From an uncultured candidate division Zixibacteria bacterium (GTDB taxonomy: Bacteria > Zixibacteria > MSB-5A5 > RBG-16-43-9): a DNA stretch of 64,000 nt. The number at the start of each line of letters is the position of its first letter. Position 1 is the first letter of the stretch. The translations under genes were made by a program, and so were the position numbers. The stretch lies in assembly GCA_963713865.1 (NCBI GenBank), contig OY970208.1, positions 2,400,001 through 2,464,000 of the forward strand. The letters are read 5' to 3'. Under the pieces are notes generated by a model, which did no database searches, had not been told where the DNA came from, and saw nothing but the letters and a program-made list of their open reading frames with translations. Positions 1 to 10,797 of this stretch are shown in pieces.

Positions 1-263
1 TTGATTTTTCCTGGGACTAAAACCACCAGGCTTTCACTCTTCTGGGAGCTTTTTTTCTCCAAACCTGCGGTTGAATCTGAAGGAATTGAGCTTTGTTCAT
101 ATACTGCGGATCCGTTCTCGGAAAAAATCATCTTGGTAAAAGGAACGATCATAGTAAGAGAAAAGCCGCTCATCCCCGCAAAGAGAATCATAAACAGGAC
201 AGCCCCGATAAGTGATTTAAGATGCGGTTTTAAGAACCCTAATAGTCTTAGATAAAGTTTCAT
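1..263 (-). CDS. ABC transporter permease/ATPase, MsbA-like; N-terminal part only (runs off the window)
   Basis: Not in the ORF track. ATG at 263 with GAGG RBS reads MKLYLRLLGFLKPHLKSLIGAVLFMILFAGMSGFSLTMIVPFTKMIF..., open to position 1; typical ABC exporter N-terminus, near LPS glycosyltransferases. Confidence 0.65.
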   Translation of the reverse strand, partial: MKLYLRLLGFLKPHLKSLIGAVLFMILFAGMSGFSLTMIVPFTKMIFSENGSAVYEQSSIPSDSTAGLEKKSSQKSESLVVLVPGKI

Positions 264-285
264 TTCTAACCTCAACGTTAAAACG

Positions 286-745
286 GACGCTACGTTCCCC
301 TCTCCTTTGTAAGGAGAGGGTTAGGGTGAGGTTTTCTTTTTGTAGCGTCAGGTCGTAGTGCGAGGCTTTTAGCCTCGCAATGCGACCCTGAAAGGGTCGC
401 GCTACGAAATTTTTCCCTTCTCGTCCCGCATTTATTACGGGACATTACATTTTCCCTCTCCTTTTAGGAGAGGGTCAGGTTGAAAATCCCGCCATAGGCG
501 GGGGTGAGGTTTTCTTTTCGTAGCGTCAGGGTTTATCCCTCACGTTCTTTTCTCTGGAGTATAAAGCTTTAGCTTTATCCAATAGTAAACCTGAAGGTTT
601 ACATTCCAGGCTCAAGGCCATGCTTCCACCAGAAGCGTCGGCCGATAAAAGCTTTACGGTCCTACGGAGGCTTTGCTCCTCGTAGAGACGTTACAACCTA
701 TTTTTAACCCTTGAGCTTTTGAACCTTTGTCCGCCTCTGGCGGAT
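286..745. repeat. Cluster of REP-like palindromes
   Basis: CCCTCTCC..GGAGAGGG hairpins (about 298 and 454), GTAGTGCGAGGCT..GGTCGCGCTAC (355-405), CCGCC..GGCGG hairpins (about 488 and 730). Confidence 0.8.
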
Positions 746-766
746 TGAACTTTTTTTTAACCTCAT

Positions 767-2413
767 TCACCTTTTAATCTTTTTAATGTTTTCTTTGACT
801 GTTTCTATCTCTCTTTTTGCTCCAATTTGAGTAAAGAGTTTCAATGCATCTTCAAAATATTTTAACGCCTTTTCCTTTTCTCCTTTTGCCTCAAAAATTA
901 AACCGAGGTTATTAAATTTTGATGCTATCCCTTCTTTCCTATTCATTTCCCAGTCGATCCTCAAACCTTCTTCAAAACATTTTATTGCTTTGTCCAATTC
1001 CCCTCTGGTCTGATAAATATTACCGAGGTTGCCAAGACATCTAGCCTCTGCTTCTCGGTCACCAATTTTTCGGTGAATGTCTATAGCTTTATTTTGCAGG
1101 TCGAGTGCGAGATCAAGTTCACCTTGGGTTTCTTTAACCAAAGCTATTGCTTCAAGCTGCCGACCTTCAGTTCCTTTGTCACCCATTTGAACAGCAATTT
1201 TTTTAGAATCTTCATGATATTTCAGGGCTTTGTCCAATTCACCTCTGGTCTGATAGACTAAACCGAGGTTGCCAAGGTTAGAGGCTTCACCCTCTTTATT
1301 GCCAATTTCTCTATCAAGCTTCAAAGCATCCTCATAGTATTTTATTGCCTTGTCCAAGTCACCTCTGGTATAATAGACATTACCGAGATTGCTAAGGTCT
1401 TCAGCTTCTCCCTTTTTATTCCCAATTTCTCTATCTATCTTTAAAGCATCCTGATGGTATTTTATGGCTTTGTCCAATTCACCTCTGGTCTGATAGACAT
1501 TACCGAGGTTACCAAGGTCAGATGCTTCACCCTCTTTATTGCCAATTTCTCTATCAAGCTTCAAAGCATCCTCATGATATTTCACTGCTTTATCCAATTC
1601 ACCTCTGGTCTGATAGATTATACCGAGGTTGCCAAGTTGAATTGCTATACCTTTTTTACTGCCTAACTCCTGATTTAGCTTCAAAGCATCCTCAAAATAT
1701 TTCACTGCTTTGTCTAATTCACCTCTGGTCTTATAGACATTACCGAGGTTGTTAAGCTGGTTTGCCATTCCTTCTTTTCTGCCTAACTCCTGATTAAGCT
1801 TCAAAGCATCCTCATAATGTTTTATGGCTTTGTCCAAGTCACCTCTGGTATAATAGACATTACCAAGGTTGCCAAGAGCTGCTGCTTCTCCTTCTCTGTC
1901 ATTAAACTCTCTGGCAAGGTTTAAAGATTTGTTCCAATTTTCCAAAGTCAAATCAAGCTTGCCCGGAGTGTAGTAACAGAACCCAATGAGGTTATAAAGT
2001 GCTACCAATTGACTGGCTTTTGCCTCTTTCATTGATTGCTTAAATTCAATAACTGCTTCATCCCATTTATATTCTGACATCAGCTTCACGCCTTTGGCAA
2101 ATGGGTCAAATATGGATGGATCTGACTTGAGCAATCCATCCACATAAATCGGCATACCAAGACGCTCTTCTATGCGTTCTAATTGCTTTTTCACATCTAT
2201 AGAAACAAAAATAATGTGTAGTTCTGTTAGTATGGCAATCGCTATTCCAATAAAAGCAATAATCAACCCTATTTTCTCGCTCCATTTTTTCTCTTGCTTT
2301 GGCACAAATTCTAATCTCCTTTTTTGCCTGGCTCTCCGAACAAAAACTGAGACAAAGAAAATCAATAGTCCAACAATGGCTAAAACGATACCTATAATTG
2401 CGAAGATATTCAT
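767..2413 (-). CDS. Membrane-anchored tetratricopeptide repeat protein (40-aa TPR units)
   Basis: Two N-terminal hydrophobic helices, then repeated LGNLGNVYxTRGELDKAxKYxEDALK units. Confidence 0.9.
   Translation of the reverse strand: MNIFAIIGIVLAIVGLLIFFVSVFVRRARQKRRLEFVPKQEKKWSEKIGLIIAFIGIAIAILTELHIIFVSIDVKKQLERIEERLGMPIYVDGLLKSDPSIFDPFAKGVKLMSEYKWDEAVIEFKQSMKEAKASQLVALYNLIGFCYYTPGKLDLTLENWNKSLNLAREFNDREGEAAALGNLGNVYYTRGDLDKAIKHYEDALKLNQELGRKEGMANQLNNLGNVYKTRGELDKAVKYFEDALKLNQELGSKKGIAIQLGNLGIIYQTRGELDKAVKYHEDALKLDREIGNKEGEASDLGNLGNVYQTRGELDKAIKYHQDALKIDREIGNKKGEAEDLSNLGNVYYTRGDLDKAIKYYEDALKLDREIGNKEGEASNLGNLGLVYQTRGELDKALKYHEDSKKIAVQMGDKGTEGRQLEAIALVKETQGELDLALDLQNKAIDIHRKIGDREAEARCLGNLGNIYQTRGELDKAIKCFEEGLRIDWEMNRKEGIASKFNNLGLIFEAKGEKEKALKYFEDALKLFTQIGAKREIETVKENIKKIKR
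960..1900 (-). repeat. Intragenic 120-bp tandem repeat array encoding TPR units
   Basis: TACCGAGGTTGCCAAG-like motif recurs at 1021, 1261, 1381, 1501, 1621, 1741 and 1861. Confidence 0.9.
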
Positions 2414-2444
2414 ATTCTAACTATAAGTTTGAACATTAAACCTT

Positions 2445-2812
2445 TAGGACAGGGCCCCCCGCCTTTGGCGGGGGATTTTGCTACGTTCAATAAGCCCTGT
2501 TCCTACCTTTTTACAACCTCATTGTAGCGTCCTCACTCCTGTGAGGACGGTTGTTCGTTGCCACAGGAGTGGCAACGCAACGCTACTTTCCGTAGAGACG
2601 CATTGCATGCGTCTCAATTCTTTTTGCGGAGCAAGGTGCTCCGCCTACGAACTTTCTCCCACGTTGCGGGCAACCCATACGGGCAGGCTGTGGGGCTACC
2701 GATTTTTATGTCGGGCAGGATGCCCGACCCACCATACCTTGTTTTTTCATTCGTCATTCGTCATCCGTTATTTTTCATTATTCATCTGTTATCTGTCATC
2801 TGTAATTGTTTA
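2445..2812. repeat. REP-like palindrome cluster plus heptamer tandem repeat
   Basis: GTAGCGTCCTCACTCCTGTGAGGACG, GTAGAGACGCATTGCATGCGTCTC (2592-2615), degenerate (TCGTCAT/CTGTCAT)n at about 2744-2812. Confidence 0.8.
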
Positions 2813-3903
2813 ACACTCGACAGTTTTCTAACCATCTTCAAAGCCTCTTCTAACACCTCAGGTAATTTCACTTCACCATCTGTTGAAAATATCATCCTGT
2901 GTTTTTCGCCTCTGGGCCCATATTTCTGCGGGTCCGAATGGATGAAAATGGCTAAGGTCGGAGTTCCCACTGCTGTTGCCAAATGCATTATCCCCGAATC
3001 GGAAGTGATGAAAAGATTACATCTCTTCAAAAGTGCAGAAAGTTTAGGTAATGGAAGAATCTCTGTCAATACTTCGGTATTATTAAGATTCTTGACCCGG
3101 TTTTTCTCCTGAGGTCCCCAGATATAAACCACTTTTACATTTTCACTTTTCAGCCTGTTTCCCAATTCGATAAAATTCTCAAATCCCCATTTTTTCTTTC
3201 CGGTTCCACCTAAATTAATACCTGCCAAGAAATCTTCAGAATTTATACCCATCTTCTCTAAATAATCTTCGATATATTTCTCCTCTTCTCTTTTAACTTC
3301 TAAAAAGGGTAATTCTTCTGATATCCCAGGGACTAAAAATCTCAGAAGATCAAGGTGCATTTCCGTAGCGTGCCGGGTATAATCAGCCGGTGGCACTTCT
3401 ATATTCAGAAAAAGGTCGCTCTTATCTCTTTTATGGCCGATCCGGTACTTCGCTCCGGAAAGGTAAATCCACATCCCGTGACCAAAGGAGAGAGTATTTT
3501 CGTCCGAGCAGTCAAAAGCTAAATCGAACCTTTTCTTCCTGAGTCTAACGATATTCAAGAAAAAAGCTAAAGGGTTTCGGATATATCTTTTTTTCTCCAG
3601 GACCAGAAGCTCATCCGTTAACTTAGAGCCGGAAAAAAGCTCGGCTGAAACTTCACTGGCTAAAAAAGAGATTTTGGCTTGAGGAAAATTCTTTCTCAAG
3701 GCTATAAGCAGGGGTGTGACCAGGACCGGATTACCAATCCGATTATCCTGTCTGATCACTAATATCTTTTTAATAGAGGAGAGGTCGACTCTATCAGAAA
3801 TTGGTCTATTTTTAAGGAAAAATCTTAAAATCTCGATTAAAAACGATTTCCCTTTTTTCTCAAGCTCTTTTCTCATCTTTCTCTTTGCAAAAATATTCCT
3901 CAT
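2782..3903 (-). CDS. Glycosyltransferase family 9 (ADP-heptose:LPS heptosyltransferase-like)
   Basis: KILVIRQDNRIG..LVTP N-terminus and FITSDSGIMHLATAVGTPT motif. Confidence 0.9.
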   Translation of the reverse strand: MRNIFAKRKMRKELEKKGKSFLIEILRFFLKNRPISDRVDLSSIKKILVIRQDNRIGNPVLVTPLLIALRKNFPQAKISFLASEVSAELFSGSKLTDELLVLEKKRYIRNPLAFFLNIVRLRKKRFDLAFDCSDENTLSFGHGMWIYLSGAKYRIGHKRDKSDLFLNIEVPPADYTRHATEMHLDLLRFLVPGISEELPFLEVKREEEKYIEDYLEKMGINSEDFLAGINLGGTGKKKWGFENFIELGNRLKSENVKVVYIWGPQEKNRVKNLNNTEVLTEILPLPKLSALLKRCNLFITSDSGIMHLATAVGTPTLAIFIHSDPQKYGPRGEKHRMIFSTDGEVKLPEVLEEALKMVRKLSSVKQLQMTDNR

Positions 3904-4305
3904 TCAAATCTTTTTTCACCACACCTTTCCTGATAAATTAAAATTATTCTAATATCCATAATCTCAAAAGTCAACATCTTTTAAGAGCATAACCCCGGGC
4001 TTTATATATCTGAGGATAACGAAATCAGCCTCTCACTGCGAGTCCCCTGCGGTAGCGAAACAATCCGTTTACATCATCTACAAAAACTGTTACCGGAATA
4101 CTGAAAAACCACACTTCCGGCGGATACGCTCCAGTGCTTCTCCGTCCCGGGCGGATCTAAATTTTTCAAAAGACCACACTCAGAGTTAAATCTCTTTAGG
4201 TTTAAGGGGTGCGAAGGGATGGCATATAACGACACAGCTTATACGCTGTATCCGTCAGGCATTATCTTTTACCCATTGTCAGGTAAAGCTACCTTCTGGC
4301 TATAA

Positions 4306-5202
4306 CTAAATAAGTTTATAGTTCTTATACTCTCCTATTCTCCAGCCGGTGATTTTCTCTACCGCATACAATATTTTATATTTAGGGGTAAATTTTACTT
4401 TTGATTTGTCAAATTTAAATTCGAAAGCTTGTTGTTGAATCCTTTCCTGCATTACCTTCGGATGCGTTCCTCTAAATAATTTCAGCTCGTCGATGTTGTT
4501 AAAATCAAATTTTTCATCCGGGGGAAGATTCTCTTTAAGCCAATCGTCATCATGCCAAAATCTATGAAAATAGTCAGCCTTTTTCTTCATCCCTTTAGGA
4601 TCTCTAACGAAATTGTAATGATAGATGGTCACCTCCACTTTCTTAACCCTTAATTTTTTACCTTTCTCGTTCTTCTCATAGGCTTCCGGGCTGGAATATC
4701 TTCTAAAACCCTGAGAATCTTTATAAGCTCTGATGGTTTTTATATTTCTGATAACCCTAACCTCATACCTGTGCCATCTTCTGGTTGTTCCGATGTAATC
4801 ATAGCTGCCCCAAAAATTCAAGAATTTAAAGAGCAAACCTTCGACCCGTTTATCCTCCTGGTATTTCAAGGTCGCCTCTCGAATTTTATCCAGGTCGTTT
4901 TCATGGATTACCTCATCCGCTTGTAAATGAACTCCCCAATCTCCAGAGATATGATCTGCGGCCAGATTGGCTTGCCGGGCAAAAATCCTTCCACCTTCTC
5001 TTAAACCTTCGTCCCAGACCGTATCGATAATTTTTATCTTGGGAGATTTTAAATTTTCTATGGCTTCCCGAGTGCCATCCTTTGAGTCTCCCACGGCAAT
5101 CACAAATTCATCGCATACCGGCAAAACCGATTGGATAGATTCAAGAAATGGATACCCGTATTCAAAACCGTTTCTGATATATGAGAAACCACTTAAGATC
5201 AT
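4306..5202 (-). CDS. Glycosyltransferase family 2 protein
   Basis: SIQSVLPVCDEFVIAVGDSKDGT and LQADE (DxD-like) motifs. Confidence 0.85.
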   Translation of the reverse strand: MILSGFSYIRNGFEYGYPFLESIQSVLPVCDEFVIAVGDSKDGTREAIENLKSPKIKIIDTVWDEGLREGGRIFARQANLAADHISGDWGVHLQADEVIHENDLDKIREATLKYQEDKRVEGLLFKFLNFWGSYDYIGTTRRWHRYEVRVIRNIKTIRAYKDSQGFRRYSSPEAYEKNEKGKKLRVKKVEVTIYHYNFVRDPKGMKKKADYFHRFWHDDDWLKENLPPDEKFDFNNIDELKLFRGTHPKVMQERIQQQAFEFKFDKSKVKFTPKYKILYAVEKITGWRIGEYKNYKLI

Positions 5203-5462
5203 CTTATCTGATTTTGTCCAAAAAAATGACGGCTAACTTCTTCGTCTCTGAACTATTTCGTAGACCCCAGGGTTTTAGGATAGCTCAGAAGTAAAGATTT
5301 AACTCTAATGCAGAAATTCAATTATCCCGATTACTTCAATCAGCCAGCCTCACTGTTTCTTTCGGCGTAAGGTGACCGGCTTTGATTATTGAATTTAAAA
5401 GTTACTTCTCCTCTCCAATAGAGACGCATTGACATGCGTCTCACCATCCTCCTGCTATTACT

Positions 5463-6677
5463 CTACTTTATTTTTTTAGCACTGATCGGTTTAATCTTTA
5501 TATTTTCCTTGAAAACTTTGCCCAGTCTCTTAATCCCTTCCACTATCATCTCTTCGGACATAGTACAGAAGTTTAACCTCAAGGTATTGTCCCGGTCTTC
5601 TCTGGCAAAAAAGGAAATGCCCGGAACATAAGCAACCTTTTCCTGAATTGCTTTAGGTAAAAGCTCAGTTGCCGATGCGCCTTCAGGTAATTCCACCCAG
5701 AGAAAAAGCCCGCCTTCGGGTTTGGTCCAGGAGATTTTTTCCGGGAAATATTCCTCCAGTGCCTTCAGCATAACCTGCATCCTTTTGGCATAAGCTTTTT
5801 TTACTCTCTCAATATGACCTTCCAGATGACCCTCTTTCAGATATTCATATATAACATACTGGCAGAAGGTGTTGGTGTGCAGGTCTGTACCCTGTTTCAT
5901 CCTCTCGAATACACCTACCACCTCCTTGGATGCCGCAATCCATCCTATCCTTGTTCCCGGAATGATTATCTTGGAAATAGTTCCTAACTGGATTACCAGA
6001 TCCCCGCCCAGGCTTTTAAGAGAGGGGACATCTTTCCCTCTGTACCTCAATTCACCATAAGGATTATCATCGATTATCGGCACATAATAATCCTGCGCCA
6101 GTTTCACCAGGAGCTTTCTTCTCTCGTAACTCATGGTAATGCCAGAGGGATTCTGAAAGTTTGGTACTGCATAGATAAAACGGGGCTTGCTTCTCTTGAT
6201 AGCATCTTCTACCTGGTCAATAACCATCCCGTCTCTATCCATATCCACAGTCACATAATGTGGATTATAAGCATTAAAAGCCTGCAGTGCACCGATATAA
6301 GTAGGATTCTCAACCAGAACAAAACTTCCCGGGTCGAGAAAAACCTTACCCAACAGATCCAGCCCCTGCTGAGAGCCGCAGGTGATTATAATGTTTTCCT
6401 CCGTAAGTTTTGTTCCATCCTGGGAGAGCCTGTCTGCCAGGAATTTACGCAGGGGTGGATAACCCATAGTCACGCTGTATTGCAGAGCTTTGTCTCCGTT
6501 TTTATCCAGAACTTTAATGCAAGCCTGCTTGAGTTCTTCGATTGGAAAAAGCTCAGGTGCAGGAAGACCACCGGCAAACGATATTATATCAGGTCTCTCC
6601 GTTATTTTTAAAATTTCCCGGATGGCAGAGCTTTTCATCTTCCAAGCTCTTTCAGAAAAAATCCAGTTTAAAGTCAC
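5463..6677 (-). CDS. PLP-dependent class I/II aminotransferase (2-aminoadipate/aromatic, LysN/ARO8-like)
   Basis: ISFAGGLPAPELFP, PNFQNPSG, DDNPY, GTISKIIIPGTRIGW with the PLP lysine. Confidence 0.92.
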   Translation of the reverse strand: MTLNWIFSERAWKMKSSAIREILKITERPDIISFAGGLPAPELFPIEELKQACIKVLDKNGDKALQYSVTMGYPPLRKFLADRLSQDGTKLTEENIIITCGSQQGLDLLGKVFLDPGSFVLVENPTYIGALQAFNAYNPHYVTVDMDRDGMVIDQVEDAIKRSKPRFIYAVPNFQNPSGITMSYERRKLLVKLAQDYYVPIIDDNPYGELRYRGKDVPSLKSLGGDLVIQLGTISKIIIPGTRIGWIAASKEVVGVFERMKQGTDLHTNTFCQYVIYEYLKEGHLEGHIERVKKAYAKRMQVMLKALEEYFPEKISWTKPEGGLFLWVELPEGASATELLPKAIQEKVAYVPGISFFAREDRDNTLRLNFCTMSEEMIVEGIKRLGKVFKENIKIKPISAKKIK

Positions 6678-7092
6678 AGTACCTCCTTAGCATATGAATT
6701 ATTTACTCCTTTACTACTATCACACTTAGATATTTTATAAAAAATATAGACCAAGTCAAGCAAATTTAAAATACCGGATTGACTATTTTGCAGGGGGAAC
6801 TAACTTGTTGCTCCAATCTTTCGTAGTGCAACCCAGCTTGTCCCGCCATCGGACGGCGCGCGGCCGCCACCCCACCGGAGGGATCAGAATTACCTAAAAA
6901 TCGTAGCGGGACACATGGCAATGCATCTTCATTTCCTCTCCTTTATAAGGAGAGGAACAAGGAGAGGTTCACATCTCAAAAAAAGTAATCCCACCTTGCC
7001 TCAAGGCGGGATATCTATTCAATGACCAAACACGGAAGGAGACCCCACGAAGTGGGATTTCGCTATGCTCAACAACCCCTCTCAGCAAAATA

Positions 7093-8130
7093 CTAATCTT
7101 CAGTTTTATGACAATATCCGCAGAAGCCTTTTGCTTTAGAGTGACACTCATAGCAGAAATATCCATCATCCTCGTGCCAGGGTCCTTTTCCTAAATTGGA
7201 AGAAAAGCCGGAAGGATGAATATTATGGTCATTCCCCCTGCCCGGATTTTTATCCTGATGACACCAGGTGCAAATCGGGTCAGCATTTTCGTGACAGGAG
7301 GCGCATAACTCCATATCTCTTCGGGCAAACTCTCCATGTTTACTTCCTGCCCAATCCGGGATAGAATGGTTTAAAGGTTTTCCACCCTCTTGAGAATGAC
7401 AGTTGTTGCAGAAATCTGTGGTAAGATGGCAGGCTAAACAATCTTTCTCTTTGGATCTGGCATCCAGCCCGTGAGTATAATAATAATTCAGAGGATGGGT
7501 TGTCTGGAAAAGATTATCCCCTTGATGACATTTCTGACATAAATCCTGATTCTGGTGGCATTGAATACATTTTTCAGTTTTGATTGAAGCCTGATACTGA
7601 TGGGAATGCTTCCAGTCCTCTGGATGATATTTTCTCAATTTCATCTTAGCATGGCAGAGCTCGCAATAGTTGGGCACTATTATACCCTCGTGGCATTCAA
7701 AACATTTACCCATATCCGGCATATTTTCAGAAGTCAGTTTGTCCTTTTTAACAACCTCCCCGTGACAGAAAGAACATTCCGCTTTTCTTTCCAGATGTTT
7801 TTTATGGGAAAATATGAAATCCCTTTTGGGATTAAGCAGAGCCTGCGGGTTATCTTTATTTATATGACAGACCGAACATTCATTTGGCAGGGTCTCACCA
7901 TCATGACACTGGGTGCAGATCTCCATAGTCGGCAGGTTCTTATCTTCCGATTTGTCGCTTTCCTCTATCTTGATATGGCAGTTATTACAAGGCTGATCCG
8001 AATGTTTCTTGTGCGAATAGATAATATCGCTTTTGGGAATATTTAAAGTGGCAAAAAGTGCTGAGATTAAAATCAGGCTGAACAGGATAATCAAAATAAT
8101 TCCGTTTATAGTCTTACTCGAAGATCTCAT
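7093..8130 (-). CDS. Multiheme c-type cytochrome, 14 CxxCH motifs (exported)
   Basis: Signal/anchor helix; 14 CxxCH counted; first six arranged as two c7-like SHKKH...CxxCH x3 modules. Confidence 0.93.
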   Translation of the reverse strand: MRSSSKTINGIILIILFSLILISALFATLNIPKSDIIYSHKKHSDQPCNNCHIKIEESDKSEDKNLPTMEICTQCHDGETLPNECSVCHINKDNPQALLNPKRDFIFSHKKHLERKAECSFCHGEVVKKDKLTSENMPDMGKCFECHEGIIVPNYCELCHAKMKLRKYHPEDWKHSHQYQASIKTEKCIQCHQNQDLCQKCHQGDNLFQTTHPLNYYYTHGLDARSKEKDCLACHLTTDFCNNCHSQEGGKPLNHSIPDWAGSKHGEFARRDMELCASCHENADPICTWCHQDKNPGRGNDHNIHPSGFSSNLGKGPWHEDDGYFCYECHSKAKGFCGYCHKTED

Positions 8131-9369
8131 TTACTCCCTTTTCCTTTCCTTAAAAGAAAGCCCGAATCCATAACTTGCTTTACCCTGTATCCTCAGGTCA
8201 TAGCTTTTGACTTTATTTCTAACATCCTGTACCTCCAGAGCCAACTGGAAATTTTTCAAAGGTTCCCATTCCACCCTGGAGGAGACAGCAAAAGATTCAT
8301 CCTTACTTTCCTGTTCCTCGTCGATTTTATACTTGCCATAATCCGCACTGACCGAGAAGACGAAATCTCTATTTAAGGTATAAATGATTTTACCATAAAC
8401 TCCATTACTTTCTCCACCATACCCTCTTCTGAAATTAAGCCCTAAAGCGATAAAGGAATATTCAATCCCGAACCTTATCCGGCTGGAGTTATCTTTTTTA
8501 TACTTAGTTAAATCATATTCAGAAGAGAATCTGAAATTTTTAACAGGCTGATACATTCCGGTGAATCTGTAAAGAGAATAAGGCTCCTGTTTGAACACGC
8601 TGAAGATGGAATTAGAATATATGCTTGGTTGCCGGTATTGATACTCTAAAGAAATATAAAGTTTACCAAATAGTTCTGAGCCACTTCCTCTAAGTGTAAA
8701 GTTTTGAGCTTTCCTGTAAACCAGGTTATAATGAAACTGGCTGAAGAAATCAAATTTCTTATGATAATGAGAAGCGCTCAACCCTATGAGATGTTCCTCT
8801 ATCCATCTATCTCGCACTTTTTGAACGTAACTTACCGCCAGTCTGGTATCTTTCAGATAAGTGGCAGACAACTCTCCACCGAAGATATGGCTTTTCTTCC
8901 AGGTATCTATATCGGTCGATCTTTCTCTGGGAAGCTGAAACCCAACATAACCAGTTAGCTTAATCTTTTCAATAGGCTTGACATCCACTCTCAAACCATC
9001 CATAGTCCCGTTCCCCACCCCCGCATAAAGAAACTGCCTGCCAAGTCTCAGATTTAAAACCTTCTGGATATTTTTCCAGTCTAAATAAGCATTGTAGCTT
9101 TTAGTAGATGGGTCAGTTGAATTCTTGTGCAGAAAATCTGTAGTGGAGCGAAAATAGGTATGAAACGAAATAGTTTTTGTTCCTATCTGGCTCAAGTCAA
9201 ACCTGAAACTCTGATAAGCTCGAAGATATGTAGTTTTCTCTTCAGTATAAAGGTCCCGGGTCTGGTAGGAGTTGAAATAAGTGGAGATATTACTTTTGAG
9301 TTCAGTGGCTGAACTGGATTTGAAAAGTAACAGGATGAGTAAAGATATGGGGATCAGCTTCCTTATCAT
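8131..9369 (-). CDS. Putative outer-membrane beta-barrel (porin) of a porin-cytochrome complex
   Basis: Signal peptide, alternating aromatic beta-strand pattern, LRLGRQF..DG motif; lies between two multiheme cytochrome genes and is translationally coupled to them. Confidence 0.75.
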   Translation of the reverse strand: MIRKLIPISLLILLLFKSSSATELKSNISTYFNSYQTRDLYTEEKTTYLRAYQSFRFDLSQIGTKTISFHTYFRSTTDFLHKNSTDPSTKSYNAYLDWKNIQKVLNLRLGRQFLYAGVGNGTMDGLRVDVKPIEKIKLTGYVGFQLPRERSTDIDTWKKSHIFGGELSATYLKDTRLAVSYVQKVRDRWIEEHLIGLSASHYHKKFDFFSQFHYNLVYRKAQNFTLRGSGSELFGKLYISLEYQYRQPSIYSNSIFSVFKQEPYSLYRFTGMYQPVKNFRFSSEYDLTKYKKDNSSRIRFGIEYSFIALGLNFRRGYGGESNGVYGKIIYTLNRDFVFSVSADYGKYKIDEEQESKDESFAVSSRVEWEPLKNFQLALEVQDVRNKVKSYDLRIQGKASYGFGLSFKERKRE

Positions 9370-10745
9370 ATTCGCCTCAATCTAGATAGCCAATCATCTC
9401 CATTATGAATTGTTCCTTGGTGAGGTTCATCAAAAGGTGCACCTATAATTCTACCTGTTTCTGGATTATGGCATTTCCGCTCACAAAAATCGGTCGTCTC
9501 ACCATCTGGTTTCACCAGCATATGAGAGCGCCAGTCTATGACTTTATTATCTTTAATTGCTGCCGCTCTCACCGTGTCAGCCGGAGGGTACTTCCTATAA
9601 TTAACTCTAAATACTTCTATAGTGGCATCATGACAGGCTTCACAACCCACATCGGAATGTTCTTCACCTGCCGGGATTAGCTTATCTGGATGACAATCAG
9701 AGTCAAGGCAGTTAATCGGTGTTAGGGAATGGATTTCATTATGACAGTCAATGCATTTCAGGGAGTAATGTTCTGAATTTCCTACTTGTGCATATATAGA
9801 ATCTAAAGAGGGATTTGTTCCTGTCATAACTGAAATATCTCCTCTTAGAAATCTCCATTCTTCATATTGAGGATATTTTTCTACCTCCTGGCTGACTAAA
9901 GAATCAAAGTCTGTCAAGCCATCCGGATGATAATATCCGGTTTTATTATAATCTGTATAAAACCCCGTATGACATAATCGACATAAATCGTCTGAACTTT
10001 CCAGATCATCTCCAGTAGCAAAATCGTGAGTTTCGACATTACTGGTCCAGATAATTGCCCAGTTTGTCATCATATCCGCCTGTTCAAATCGTTCACCTCT
10101 TAGCAAATATCCCCAGATGTCCCATACATCATCTTCACCACCAATTCCATAAAAGGTTCTAATCCTCACCGCTTTAAAATGACAGGTTGCACAGGTTAAA
10201 TGACATTTTCCGCATTTGGCTTTATCATAATCTTTACCCACTTCAATATTACCATAAGCTTTGACAGGATCCATTCGGGAATTCTTAATATCTTCAATCA
10301 AATAATGCTGACTTGAGAGAAATCCTGCTTGACCAGTATGGCAATTAACGCAGGTGGTAGAAACTCTGGTGGTGTAATTTCTGGTCTGGATTGTATCTTC
10401 AGCACTGAAATTGACCCACCCTCCATAAGTCTTTGGAACATCTGAGTGCCCTTTATGAAAAACTATATCTGTATGACAATCAACACATTTACTAGCCCGA
10501 TGAAGCGAGCGGGCAAATTTATCACGATTCACGTAAAGGGGAACCGTCTCTTCACCAAGAGAAGTAGTAATAATTTTTTTTAAAGTAGAGACGTTGTGAC
10601 AGATAAAACAGGTGTCATTAGATGGGTTATAATAAGGTATATCAGTAGGCTGGGAACGGGTAAGCCGAGATTTGTTTTTTGAACATCCGGCAACCCCTAA
10701 GATAATCAGGCTTATCACCCCTAAAGTAAATAACCTGCTCCTCAA
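9366..10745 (-). CDS. Multiheme c-type cytochrome lipoprotein (8 CxxCH plus CX4CH and CX3CH)
   Basis: Lipobox VAGC; motifs CFICH, CVDCH, CVNCH, CGKCH, CATCH, CRLCH, CIDCH, CEACH plus CLDSDCH and CERKCH; TTG start with GGAGG RBS. Confidence 0.9.
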   Translation of the reverse strand: MRSRLFTLGVISLIILGVAGCSKNKSRLTRSQPTDIPYYNPSNDTCFICHNVSTLKKIITTSLGEETVPLYVNRDKFARSLHRASKCVDCHTDIVFHKGHSDVPKTYGGWVNFSAEDTIQTRNYTTRVSTTCVNCHTGQAGFLSSQHYLIEDIKNSRMDPVKAYGNIEVGKDYDKAKCGKCHLTCATCHFKAVRIRTFYGIGGEDDVWDIWGYLLRGERFEQADMMTNWAIIWTSNVETHDFATGDDLESSDDLCRLCHTGFYTDYNKTGYYHPDGLTDFDSLVSQEVEKYPQYEEWRFLRGDISVMTGTNPSLDSIYAQVGNSEHYSLKCIDCHNEIHSLTPINCLDSDCHPDKLIPAGEEHSDVGCEACHDATIEVFRVNYRKYPPADTVRAAAIKDNKVIDWRSHMLVKPDGETTDFCERKCHNPETGRIIGAPFDEPHQGTIHNGDDWLSRLRRI

Positions 10746-10797
10746 TTATTCCTCCTTTTTCCCCTATACAACCAGTCTTAACTCAATAACTTGCAAT

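Noticed and set aside
1-255. 84-aa plus-strand ORF
   Set aside because: Antisense to a better-supported ABC transporter N-terminus that has an RBS
1021-1900. Regular repeats as a CRISPR array or DGR template/variable repeats
   Set aside because: They are in-frame TPR coding repeats without unique spacers; no cas or reverse transcriptase gene is in the window
2478-3112. Plus-strand ORFs of 111 and 184 aa, and similar ORFs at 28873-29192, 32864-33164, 47697-47948 and 57831-58034
   Set aside because: They are translations of REP clusters or antisense shadows of real genes
4222-4255. attC-like half site (minus strand CGTATAAGCTGTGTCGTTATATGCC)
   Set aside because: No complementary inverse core or second arm, and no integrase or cassette array; at most a remnant
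4183-5306. 12-bp inverted match AGAGTTAAATCT flanking the GT2 gene
   Set aside because: Short and AT-rich, with no target duplication or transposase; compatible with chance
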